Assembly: GCF_004010195.1 (NCBI RefSeq)
Contig: NC_057718.1
Coordinates: 97,925,883 to 97,989,882, forward strand
Origin: Chiloscyllium plagiosum
Taxonomy: Eukaryota
Direction of reading: 5' to 3'
DNA: 64,000 nt
Shown here: positions 51,341 through 62,489 of the stretch, piece after piece
Numbering within the stretch: position 1 is the stretch's first letter
Layout: each line of letters begins with the position of its first letter
Made by a program: the position numbers and the translations under genes
The notes under the pieces: model-generated
What the model was told of the DNA's origin: nothing
The model's input: the letters and a program-made list of their open reading frames with translations, nothing else
Databases searched by the model: none

Positions 51341-51828
51341 CATATTCTGTCTCTACAATTGCTGCCAGACCTGCTGAGCTTCTCCAGCCTTCTCCATGTT
51401 TGGTTCAGATTTCCAGCATCTGGTATATTTTGCTTTTACAGGCCCCCTTCCCAAACAGCAGAGCCCTCCCCCCCATCTCTGTACTCCCGAAATGTGGAGA
51501 CCAACAGGATAATCCTGTCAGCCTCCATGACCTCAACTTAACAAGATTAAGGGACCACGCACCGATACTGACAGAGGCTAGATCAGGATCGGAAAACCGG
51601 AACGGGCTGGCCCATGCTGGTGTTTCCAGACCCTGGGAACATCCATTGGCATGCCCTCCATTAAGATGAACATTTCGTTTCAGACCGGTCAAAATAACAG
51701 TGTGCATACCAGGACACACACACAAAAGATTGGGACCCAATTCATACTCACTACGACAGCAAACCCATCTGCCATCCAGTATCTGGTCATTCTCAAGTAA
51801 CTGACAAAAATTACAAAATGAAACTTAC

Positions 51829-52154
51829 TGTTTTTAAGACGTTTCTCAAAAAAACATCCACTTGAACTTGGTGTGCCCCGTTCCAATATGTGTCAGCTGC
51901 CCAGTTGTACTTCTCCCAGCTGCCACTAGTAGTGCTGTCCATTGTCCTCTCTCGAGGAGGTACCATTACAGTACTGGCTGGTTCCGTTACTATGATGGAT
52001 TTCCGTAAGAGTATTTCTGATGCAACTGGGCAGGTTCATGTAAGCAGTGTTTCCCTGGTTGCCCTGTACATGCCAGATAGCTGGGAGTTTCCAAACTCTT
52101 TGGAAAAGGCCACATAAAAACTTCTGTACTCAGAATATTTTATTGTAAAGCAAC
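51829..52154 (-). other. Candidate spliced exon (326 nt)
   Basis: Acceptor TTTGCCCCTCCCTCGCCCATCTTTTAG| and donor ACA|GTAAGT in unique sequence; no frame open throughout. Confidence 0.4.
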
Positions 52155-53129
52155 CTAAAAGATGGGCGAGGGAGGGGCAAATATCCATTTGTTTTAGTTG
52201 ATTTCAAAAGTATAATGAGAACAGTTCCTACCACTTGCCATTAATGAGACATTGATAAACTAGTGTGTAACAAATGCACTTGAAAACTATCCACCTCAAA
52301 CTGCAAGGTTAATATGATTTGCATTTACACCACCTCACGGACAAAAATGTCCCAGGCAACTCCTGAGGACATACTAATTGCTGTTTGCAAATTGGTGTTT
52401 TCAACTCAACTATTCTCAAACTGAGAGACCTCTCAATATTTCCAACACACAATCCAACTGTGCACACAAATCCTGCTCCAGTCTATGTTACTGCCATGCT
52501 TTCTGTCACTGGTGTCTAATGATTTGCGGTTGGCCTGAGTGCTTTGCCAGACAGCTCCAATGTTGTCATTTATGTTTTAATTTTCATTCACTGCATGTAG
52601 CAGATATCTTTCAATATCCCTGAATAAGTGGTGCTGAGCCATTTCCTTAAACTGCTGCTTGATATACTCTCGAAGTGTTGTTTGGGAGGGGCTGTCAGGA
52701 TTTGACCCAGTTCCTTGAATGAATAACGATGTATTTCCGAGTGATACTAGTGTGTTACTTGGAGGAGAGCTCCGAGGTGGTGCTGTGCCTGCTGCACTGG
52801 GCTTTCCAGATAGTAGACTTTGTAGCTTTATAAGCTGCTGTCAAAATAGCCTTGGTAAGTGCTGCGACACATCTTATAAATGGTACACATTGCTGTCACT
52901 ACGCATCTGTGCTGGAAGGAACGAACGTTGAAGGTGTTGTCAGGAGGTTGCTTAGTCCTGGATGGTACATATGAACATACAAATCAGGAGCAGGCGTAAG
53001 CTATTCAGCCCCTTCAACCTGCTCCATCCATTAATAACATCATGGATAACAACATTAGATTGTTAATTCAACTGCACGTCCTCACCTAACCCTGATAACC
53101 TTTCAACCCCTTGCATCTTAAAAATATTC

Positions 53130-53275
53130 GTGATGTGGAGGTGCTGGTGTTGGACTGGGTTGAACAAGGTCAAAAAGCACACGACACTGGCATCTGATGA
53201 AGGAGCAGCGCTCCGAAAGCTAGTGTTTTGAAATAAACCTGTTGGACTATAAGCTGGTGTCATGTGATCTTTGAC
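53130..53275. mobile_element. Short fold-back PLE-derived insertion
   Basis: 13-bp TSD CTTAAAAATATTC (53117-53129, 53276-53288). Confidence 0.88.
53191..53225 (+). ncRNA. Intact minimal type I hammerhead ribozyme motif
   Basis: CAU-CUGAUGA-A-GGAGC(AGC)GCUCC-GAAA-GC-UA-GUG: CUA site, palindromic AGCU stem III. Confidence 0.78.
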
Positions 53276-54279
53276 CTTAAAAATATTCAAGGACTCTGCT
53301 TCCATCACTTTTTCAGGAAGAGTTAAAAGACTCATGATGCTGAAAGAAAACCATTTCACCGTATCTGTGCCACCCTAAATTTTAAAACTAGTTCCAGTTC
53401 TACATTCTACCCTATACGGAAACATTCTCTACACATAAGCTTCAAAGAAGGCTCCTATTATTCTTCTAAACTCCAGTGGATATAAGTCTAGCCTGTCCAA
53501 CTTTTCCTTATAAAATGACCCATTTCAGGTGTTAGTCTGGTAAATGTTCTCTGAATTGCCTCCAATGTATTAACATCTTCCTGAATCAGGAGACTAATAC
53601 TGTGCACAGTATTCCAGATACAGTGTCACAGTGCCCTATGTAATGAAAGCAGACCCTCCAAACTTTTTGTATAGAATTCCTGTCATGATGAATTACAGCA
53701 TTCTGTTAGCTTGCTTTAATTACTTGCTGTAGCTGTATATTAACTTTTTGTGTCATTCACAAGGATCTATCTGCATTTCAGAGCTCTGCTATCTCTCACC
53801 ATTTGGAAAACATGCATTCCCCGAACCATTGGGGAACGCAGAGAGACACACAGCTCTGAGTGAACCTAATGAATGATTCTGTTCCCTCACAACTAGAATC
53901 ACGAAAACAGAATTCCACAACCAGGACTAATAAGCTGATAATCTCAATTTATGGACATAACTGCAAAAATCAAAACTGCCTTCAAATATTGCCATTTTTG
54001 GTGTAGATAGGATCTGCTGGAGAGTGGGTGGTGTAAATATCAAAAATGAAGGGCTCATGCCCGAAATGTCGATTCTCCTGCTTCTCGGATGTTCCCTGAC
54101 CTGCTGTGCTTTTCCAGCGCCCCACTCTCGACTCTGATCTCCAGCATCTGCAGTGCTCACTTTCTTCCTCTGCAGCCTAAAGTCAGTTCATCGACAGGGG
54201 ATCAGGGATTCGCTCATTATTTAGGCAAGGCTTCACTTTCTGCGTAATTACCTGGCCTGCAGATAAAATCACCTGTAGA

Positions 54280-54637
54280 AGAGCCTGGGTGTCCTTGGAG
54301 AAGGAGCACGCGGTGTCCACCAACACCCTGGAGTTGTTCAGGGAGAGGTAGGCACCGCAGGGAGTGGAGTGCATTATTTCCCCCTCCAACTCTGTTTTGA
54401 TTTAGTCCCTACCCTCCCCTTCGCTGTTTGATCACACAGCATTGCCCTTTGATGTGAAGGGCACTGCTTGTCACTGGCCACCCAGGTGTTTTCCTATCTT
54501 CCTGGTGGTGGAAATCGAATAAAGATTCGTGCCCCTTGTGTCTCTCACTGTGTCTCACACCTGCACACACACACCATGGGTGCTGGGGAACAAAAAAATA
54601 AGCACTACTGCAGTAGTGTGGGGGAAAAACAAAAAAG
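54280..54637 (+). mobile_element. 5'-truncated L1/Tx1-like LINE with A-rich tail
   Basis: VSLEKEHAVSTNTLELFRER*APQGVECIISPSNSVLI*; AATAAA; 15-bp TSD AAAATCACCTGTAGA (54265-54279, 54638-54652). Confidence 0.85.
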
Positions 54638-55322
54638 AAAATCACCTGTAGATCTAGCTCACAGTGAGGGAAGGGGGGCAGAGGTCTGATAGGTGAAAGT
54701 AAACAGCAGCACTGAACAAACTCCTTCCCACAACCAGATTGCCGCCTCTTGCGTACAGTGCCAAATCAAAACATGCTGTATGCCATCCAGCTGATGCCTA
54801 CTGGCCCATTATCAAAGCCCGAATACCACAGAACCACTGCAGAAACTGGCACATTTCAATCACATGCTCCTGCAAACTGTCAGCCATGCCCCTCTCATCA
54901 TACTGCACTCATCCTTATCTCATCAGAAATACAGTTAGCAAAGCAGGGCATAAACAAAAATGGGAAGTTGAGCAATTTGCCCGTTAGGTCTTTGTGCAAG
55001 TAGTGTCTGAGACTTTGTGCAAACTGCATTTCTCTCTGTTTTTTGATTCGCAATATCATATATTTTCTCTGGCCCGTTGCACAATTTCAGAATTCACCCT
55101 CCCAGATTCCTGGGTCCAAGTTACTGTTACTAATTTAAGACCCACACTTTACAGTTGTAGGGTCATCAGAACTGACACCACCCCTGGTAACTATGGTTAT
55201 TCTGTGAAACTAACAGCAAGAGTAGTTATGCAAGCAGATCCAGAAACTCCTGGAAGTGATTCTCTGCTTCTCCAAAGGGTCTGCTATTGATGTTCCCACA
55301 CTTGGAATTTTATTGGAAATCT

Positions 55323-55620
55323 GTGGCTCAGTGGTTAGCGTTGCTGCCTCGCAGCACCAGGGACCTGGGTTCAATTTCCACCCTCAGGTAACTGTGTGGA
55401 GTTTACATGTTCTCCCTGTGTCTGCGTGGGTTTCCTCCCATAGTTCAAAGACGTGCAGGTTAGGTGGATCGACCATCCAAATTGCCCATAGTGTCCAGGG
55501 ATATGCAGGGTTGGTGGATTGGCCATGGCAAATGCAGGGTTACAGGGATAGGGTTGGATGTTCTTCGGAGGGTTGGCATGGGCTGAATGGCCTGCTTCCA
55601 CACTGTAGTGATTCTATGAA
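55323..55620 (+). mobile_element. HE1-type V-SINE
   Basis: A/B boxes, V core with internal deletion. Confidence 0.88.
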
Positions 55621-55744
55621 ATGGAAATCACTGAACTGATTTTCACTTTTCATGCAATTAGTCTTACATGCAAAATCCTCTTTAAAAAGTTAGACAGAGT
55701 TGATGATGCATAATTTGGTTTCTTATCCATTTTTAAAATTAAAT

Positions 55745-56053
55745 TAGATTTTCTAGAGTATGGAAACAGGCCCTTCGGCCCAACAAGTCCACACCGACCC
55801 TCCGAAGAGCAGCCCACCCAGACCCATTCCCCTACACTTACCCCTGACTAATGCACCTAACACGATGGGCAATTTAGCACGGCCAATTCACCTGACCTGC
55901 ACATCTTTGGACTCTGGGAGGAAACTGGAGCAATCGGAGGAAACCCACACAGACACGGGGAGAATGTGCAAACTGCACACAGACAGTCACCCGAGGTGGG
56001 AATTGAACCCAGGTCCCTGGCGCTGTGAGGCAGCAGTGTTAACCAGAGCCACC
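55745..56053 (-). mobile_element. HE1-type V-SINE
   Basis: A/B boxes, V core, tail. Confidence 0.9.
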
Positions 56054-56357
56054 ATTTCCTATGTTTTAATCACTTTGGAACAACCTCCCTAGTACCAAAA
56101 ACTTAATTTTATTACGGAGGAATTTCAGAATAACATCTCCATTCCTTTGAAATTATTGCCAAATCCTAAAATGGTAAATAAGTTACTCTTTTCATGATAT
56201 TTTAATGGTCTCTCAATCCCATGCCTATGGCCTAATCTTTAAACTTGGCCCACAACTTTGTACGAAGCCTATGAGAAAACATTGTTTGAAAGGAAGAGTG
56301 AACACGTTTCTTTTATCACCTTTACAATAATTAACATATTGTGCCAGAAGAAAATGT

Positions 56358-57200
56358 CAAACAACAACAACTTACATTTCTATAGCACCTTGAATGTAAT
56401 AAAATATCCAAGGTGCTTCCAACAAGGATTCAAAGCAAAGACTGGTGCTGCCTCTTTTGAAAGCTAATGCAGTGAGAAAACACGAGAAGACACAGTGCCC
56501 AAGTCAACAACTCACCAAATCCCAATAAGCTGCAGTTTTCTTAGCCATTTGCTGCAGAATGTCTTGGCTCAGACCAGCCTTGGCAGTTACCCATGTTCCT
56601 AACCAGACTGTACTCCCAACACCTCCAGATCTTTGCCTCAAAGGGAGAACAAAGGTATGATTTTGAGTTGGATAGGGGCTGAATGAGGCCATGCGTTTGG
56701 TAAAAGTGGTAGGTTTTAAGGGATATTTTAAAAGAGCAATGTAAGAGAAATCGAATGGTCTAGAGAGGGTGATCTAGGGTCTGGGACAGGTCCAATTAAA
56801 GGTGTCACCATGAATATTGCAGCAATTTGAATCATGGTTGCATGAGAAGCCTGAATTATAAGGATGCGGATATCTTGGAGATTTATGGGCTAGGAGAAAT
56901 CTCGCAAGGATTCTAAAGAAAAGATGAGAATTTTCAAATCAAGGCATTGTTTGGTCAGGAATTGGTCTAGGTCAGTGAGATGAAGTGTGCTAGAGGAACA
57001 GGGCTTGTTGTGAGTTAACACACAGACAAGACATTTTTGGATGACCTTAGATTTATGGGGGATTAACTGTGGGACACCAAACAGGCGTGCACTGGAGTAT
57101 TCAAGAATAGAGAAACAAAGGCATGAATGAGCAGTGCATGAGCTGAGAGAGGGGCGAAATTCAGCCATGTTTACGGAGGTGAATATAGGCAGCTCTGCTG
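56358..57200 (-). mobile_element. Degenerate L2-like LINE fragments
   Basis: AACAACAACTTACATTTCTATAGCACC end (also near 21121); KLKVIQ..LVCVLT-like peptide; similar to 21640-22000. Confidence 0.5.
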
Positions 57201-57221
57201 GTGGGATGAAAGGGCATCCTA

Positions 57222-57615
57222 AGAACATATGACCACGAGAAATAGGAAAAGAGTAGGCCATTGAACCCTTGGAGCCTGCTGCTCCACCATTCACTAGGGT
57301 CATGGCTGATCCGACACTCAAAAAGTCCAAAATATACCCCTCAGCTCTCTCTGGCAAGGAGTTCCAAAGACTCACAATCCTCTGAGAGAAGGAGTTCCTC
57401 CCAATCTTAATCTGAAATTGGTGCTCCTTTATTCTGAGACTGTGCCCTCTGGTTCTCGACTCTCAAATATACTGTCAGCATTGACCCTGTCAAACCCGTT
57501 ATGAATCTTATTTGTTTCAATGAGATTACCTCTCATTTTTCCAAACTCCAGTGAGTAGGGAGTCCCTACCTGTTCCTCCTTTACTCATAAGACAGTCTCT
57601 TCATACCGGGATCAT
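57222..57615 (-). mobile_element. CR1 3' fragment
   Basis: SLWNSLPERA peptide; tail near 57225. Confidence 0.75.
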
Positions 57616-57616
57616 C

Positions 57617-59273
57617 CGAGTCATAGAGATGTACAGCATGGAAACATGCCGACCAGATATCCCAACCCAATCTAGTCCCACCTGCCAGCACCTGGCCCAT
57701 ATCCTTCCAAACCCTCCCTATTCATATACCCATCCAAATGCCTCTTAAATGTTGCAATTGTACTAGTCTCCACCACTTCCTCTGGCAGCTCATTCCATAC
57801 ACGTACCACCCTCTGTGTGAAAAAGTTGCCCCTTAGGTCTCTTTTATATCTTTCCCCTCTCACCCTAAACCTATGCTCACTAGTTCTGGACTCCCCAATC
57901 TCAGGGAAAAAGACTTTGTCTGTTTATCCTATCCATGCCCCTCATAATTTTGTAAACCTCTATAAAGTCACCCCTTAGCCTCGGACGCTCCAGAGAAAAC
58001 AGCCCTAGCCTGTTCAGCCTCTCCCTATAGCTCAAATCCTCCAACCCTGGCAACATCCTTGTAAATCTTTTCTGAACCCTTTCAGGTTTCACAACATATT
58101 TCTGATAGGAATGAGACCAGAATTGCATGCAATATTCCAACAGTGGCCTAACCAATGTCCTGTACAGCTGCAACATGACCTCCTAACTCCTGTACTCAAT
58201 ACCCTGATCAGTAAAGGAAAGCATACCAAACGCCTTCTTCACTATCCTATCTACCTGCGGCTCTACTTTCAAGGAGCTATGAACCTGCATTCCAAGGTCT
58301 CTTTGTTCAGCAAGACTCTCTAGGACTTTACCTTTAAGTGTATAAGTCCTGATAAGATTTGCTTTTCCAAAATGCAGCTCCTCACATTTATCTGAATTAA
58401 ACTCCATCTGCCACTTCTTTGCCCATTGGCCCATCTGGTCCAGATCCTGTTATAATCTGAGGTAACCCTCTTCGCTGTCCACTACACCTCCAATTTTGGT
58501 GTCATCTGCAAACTTACTAACTGTACCTCTTATGCTCGCATCCAAATCATTTATGTAAATGACAAAAGGTAGAGGACCCAGCACCGGGCCTTGTGGCACT
58601 CCACTGGTCACAGGCCTCCAGACTGAAAACCACCCTCCACCACCACCCTCTGTCTTCTACCTTTGAGCCAGTTCTGTATTCAGATGGCTAGTTCTCCCTG
58701 TATTCCGTGAGATCTAACCTTGCTAATCAATCTCCCATGGGGAACCTTGTCGAACGCCTTACTGAAGTCCATATAGATCACATCTACCACTCTGCCCTCA
58801 TCATCCTCTTTGTTACTTCCTGAAAAAACTCAATCAAGCTTGTGAGACATTGTTTCCCATGCACAAAGCCATGTTGACTATCCCTAATCAGTCCTTGCCT
58901 TTCCAAATGCATGTACATCCTACCCTCAGGATTCCCTCCAACAATTTGCCCCACCGACATCAGGCTCACCGGTCTATAGTTCCATGGCTTGTCCTTACCA
59001 CCCTTCTTAAACAGTGGCACCACGTTAGCCAACCTCCTATCTTCAGGCACCTCACCTGTGACTATCGATGATACAAATATCTCAGCAAGAGGCCCAGCAA
59101 TCACTTCTTCAGCTTCCCACAGAGTACTAGGGTACACTTGATCAAGCCCTGGGGATTTATCCACTTTTACCCGTTTCAAGACATCCAGCACTTCCTCCTC
59201 TGTAATATGGACATTTTGCAAGGTGTCACCATCTATTTCCCTACAGTCTATATCTTCCATATCCTTTTCCACA
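57617..59273 (-). mobile_element. CR1/HER1 LINE, about 1.65 kb, 5'-truncated, frameshifted RT
   Basis: KSPGLDQVYP, ANVVPLFKKG.KDKPWNYRPVSL, SQHGFV, GVPQG, KFADD (~58501-58515), C-terminal domain, tail. Confidence 0.95.
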
Positions 59274-59829
59274 ACCAAGAATCCATCCAAGAATGATTTC
59301 ATTTTGGTACCAAAACGTGAGAAAGTTGTGAGGTAGTCTTAATCTCAGAATTGTTGCCGGGAGTTAAGTTGGTAACCAAGGAGCATAACATGGAGGGGTT
59401 GGGAAAACAATAACATCAGTCTCCGAAAGAATTCACTCTCTGGACAAGTGCTGAAAATGGTGGGAGAGGAGCAGAACAGTCCTTTCCTTCTAAAGTAGTC
59501 AATGCCAAGCAGCTGCAATGACTGTTTGCGGCATGTCTGAGGGAAATAAATGCCCTTTTAAAATAAAATCAACAAATGTGACAAGGGAAGAAAGAAAGAA
59601 ATTAAACAAAATGGAATTCTGCCAATCATTCAAGCAAATGATGCAAAGATTCAATAAAGCCAGTAAAGGACCTCTGAATAATTTGATATCTGAAATAGAT
59701 AATTTAATTGGAAATCCAACATGTGGGGAGATGTTGAGTTGGCTAGTATCCAAAGCCCTTGTCTTACAAATCTCAGGAAGTGGCACTCTTTGCATTTTCA
59801 GACTGGAAGCAATATTACTGGGAATGGAA

Positions 59830-60093
59830 ATTTGAAAGGGACCTAAGGGGCAACCGCTTCACGCAGAGGGTGGTACGTGTATGGAATGAGCTGCGAGAGG
59901 AAGTGGTGGAGGCTGGTACAATTACAACATTTAAAAGGCATCTGGATGGGTATATGAATAGGACGCGCTGAGAGAGATGTGAGCCAAAAGCTGGCAAATG
60001 GGACTGGATTAATTTTGGATAGATGGTTTCCATCGACAAGTTGGACCGAAGGGTCTGTTTCAGTGCTGTAAATCTCTATGACTATGACTCTAT
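59830..60093 (+). mobile_element. CR1/HER1 3' fragment
   Basis: FERDLRGNRFTQRVVRVWNEL; tail CTCTATGACTATGACTCTATG. Confidence 0.9.
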
Positions 60094-60854
60094 GTTACAT
60101 GTGAGAGCAGTGAGAGTTGCTATTGTCTTTGATCTCCATAGCTAGCCTGCAAAATAAATTGAGTGAGGTGGTGACCATAATGGTCATCGACAGCACTGTC
60201 TCAGGCAGATCCTAAACTGCCTCTGCATTAGCTGAGAACTGCAATGTGGCCTGGAGCAGCATACCGAGACCTGGGCTTGTGATCAGTGGGGGTAGTCTGA
60301 ATTTCATGCTTGATCCACCCACTGCTACATCTTCTTTTCCCTCCCACCACACCGGCTGTTACATACCACACAGCCATCTCCTGTAGCGTGGCTTGGGTAT
60401 TGCCACAAGGCTCTCCATTTCGACCCCGGGATGACTTTGGAATTCCTAAGCGCAAGTCTCATTTTTCATGTCTTCCATCTCAACCAACTTCTCTTCCTAC
60501 TTATTTTTCCCCCCTGTCTCGTAGGGCATGGTTGTCACTGGCACAGCTGGCATTTTTTAGCCCAGTTCCCCTTGAACAAGGTGACTTGCTCCGCCATATC
60601 CGAGGTCACTTAAGGGTTGCCCACACTCCAGTGGGCCTGGAGTCACACGCAAGTCAGACTGGGTTAGGACAACAGGGCTTCAGCCCCAGGAAGGCAAGAG
60701 TGAACAAGGATGGCAATAAAAAAAAAGTAATGGGTTTTATGATGCTTTTAAAGCTTCTTTTTGGTTTGTGGCACTTAAATTCCACCGGCTACAGTCCTGG
60801 ACTTAAACCCAAGACCCTGGAGCACTAGTTAAACCTGGATATAGGTTTAACTAG

Positions 60855-61496
60855 TTCCTGTTCTTTTACTCGATGGGTGGTAGTTGGGGTCTAACTCGAT
60901 GTGTTTATTGATAGAATTATGGTTGGGTTGTCATGCTTCAAGGAATTCTCATGCGTGTCTCGGTTTGCCCTGTCCTAGGATGGATGTGTTGTCCCAGTCA
61001 AAGTGGTGTCCTTCCTCATCCTTATGTGAGGATACTAGTGAGAGAGGGTTGACGTATCTAGCCACAAAACGACATGACCCTCTCTCACTAGTATCCTTAC
61101 GTACAGATAAGGAAGGACACCACTTTGACTGGGACAACACATCCATCCTAGGACAGGGCAAACAGAGACACGCATGAGAATTCCTAAAAGCATAGCATTC
61201 CAACTGGAACTCTATCAACAAACACATCGAGATAGACCCCATCTACCACCCCCTGAGAAAAAGAACAGGAAATTACATCACCACAGGAAATGATGTCACC
61301 ACAGGAAATGACATTACCAACCCAAAGAAACCCAAACATATAAATAGGAAGCAGGAATCATGAACATTGCTTCGCCTGGAGGCCCACTGAAGATATTACC
61401 TAGTAGGGTGACAAAACGTCTGGAAATGAACCTTCCAGCTCAGCGAGCAAATCTACATCCAGAACTTCAACCTGAGCTATAAATCTTTTCAAAACT
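60855..61496 (+). mobile_element. Penelope-like element: ORF C-terminus and pLTR preceded by an inverted copy; inserted in a SINE
   Basis: LATKRHDPLSLVSLRTDKEGHHFDWDNTSILGQ; arms ~60855-61049 and 61077-61271; hammerhead CCA-CUGAAGA...AAAA-CG-UC-UGG at 61384-61423 with GAAA mutated. Confidence 0.9.
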
Positions 61497-61635
61497 CACT
61501 GGTTAAAGCCTTTGAATTACTCATCAAGTAAGATTACTACTGCACCATCTTCTGCTCCCTGAATGTTTCTGTTGCAGTTGGATTTCTGACATATCACCCC
61601 ATTGCCTCTCAATATGATTGCACCAGTATTGTTGG

Positions 61636-62040
61636 CCTGGGCTCAGTGGCTGGCACTATGACCCCTATTCAGAAGGCCCTGAAGCACAAACGTCTGCCCT
61701 GAGGGAGTGCTGCTCTGTGGGAGGGACTGTCTTCAGATGAGGCATTAAGCTGAAGCCCTGTCTGCACTCCCTGGTGAATATAAAAGATTCCACGGCATGA
61801 TTTGAACAAAGGGAAATGGCAGTATCCTGACTGCCCTGTGACTAATATTTATCCTTTGAACAACATCATTACGAGCAGCTGATTTGGTCATTGTCACATT
61901 GCTCTTTGTGAGAGCTTACTGTGTACAAAGTGACTGGTATGTTTACTGCAGGGCATTAGAAAATACACTTTAAAAGTACTCAATTTGCTGTAAAACCCTT
62001 CGAACAACTTGATGTTGCAAAAGATGGAATGCAAATCCAA
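61636..62040 (+). mobile_element. Deu-domain SINE (SacSINE1-like)
   Basis: A box GGCTCAGTGG; CTGAGGGAGTGCTGC...GTCTTCAGATGAGGCATTAAGCTGAAGCCCTGTCTGC core; L2-like tail. Confidence 0.7.
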
Positions 62041-62489
62041 TTTGTTCACCCTTGTTGGAAACAGAAAAAAAAAATTGAAAAAAATATTCTAAAACTGCCA
62101 GTGAGGAAAACATCCACAAGATTACAAAGAAAACCTTTCACTCACAGAACTTCAAATATGATGAACTTAGCTTCAGCCAATTATCCATTTTTAGAATATT
62201 TAGATGAAGTGGTGACTCATCTCTTTGAAAGTAATGATCAAAAGGGCCTGATGTAAGACTTTATTTGATGTCAAAGTGATCTCAGTCTTTCCACGATGGC
62301 ATCCATGGTTTGCCAAGCTCTCATTTAGATTCAGGGCTGCTGCCACACACTTAGCTACTTATCCAAGTACAGGCCAACAGCTTTCATCACGCTCCTGAAT
62401 CAAAGTCTTATGAGTTGGATTTATATGTGATTCCTCCTCTGTGTTACCATCCAGGGTTTGGCAGGAATGCCTGAGACCAAATGGAATAA

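Larger units (their letters stand above)
52965..53810 (-). mobile_element. Degenerate CR1 3' fragment hosting a PLE-derived insertion
   Basis: LPEKVMEAESLNIFK peptide; CR1 tail near 52970. Confidence 0.7.

Noticed and set aside
51752..51800. In-frame mini-exon (LLENDQILDGRWVCCR) after the 51829 donor
   Set aside because: It would need a 28-nt intron, too short for vertebrate splicing
54994..55290. ORF with an Ig-like fragment (VTVTNLRPTLYSCRV...GYSVKLT)
   Set aside because: Lacks D-x-x-x-Y-x-C spacing and a properly placed first Cys/Trp; no RSS or clear exon context
57617..59302. Functional reverse transcriptase gene (also 38710-40060 and 62490-63625)
   Set aside because: 5'-truncated, with frameshifts and stops; treated as dead LINE copies
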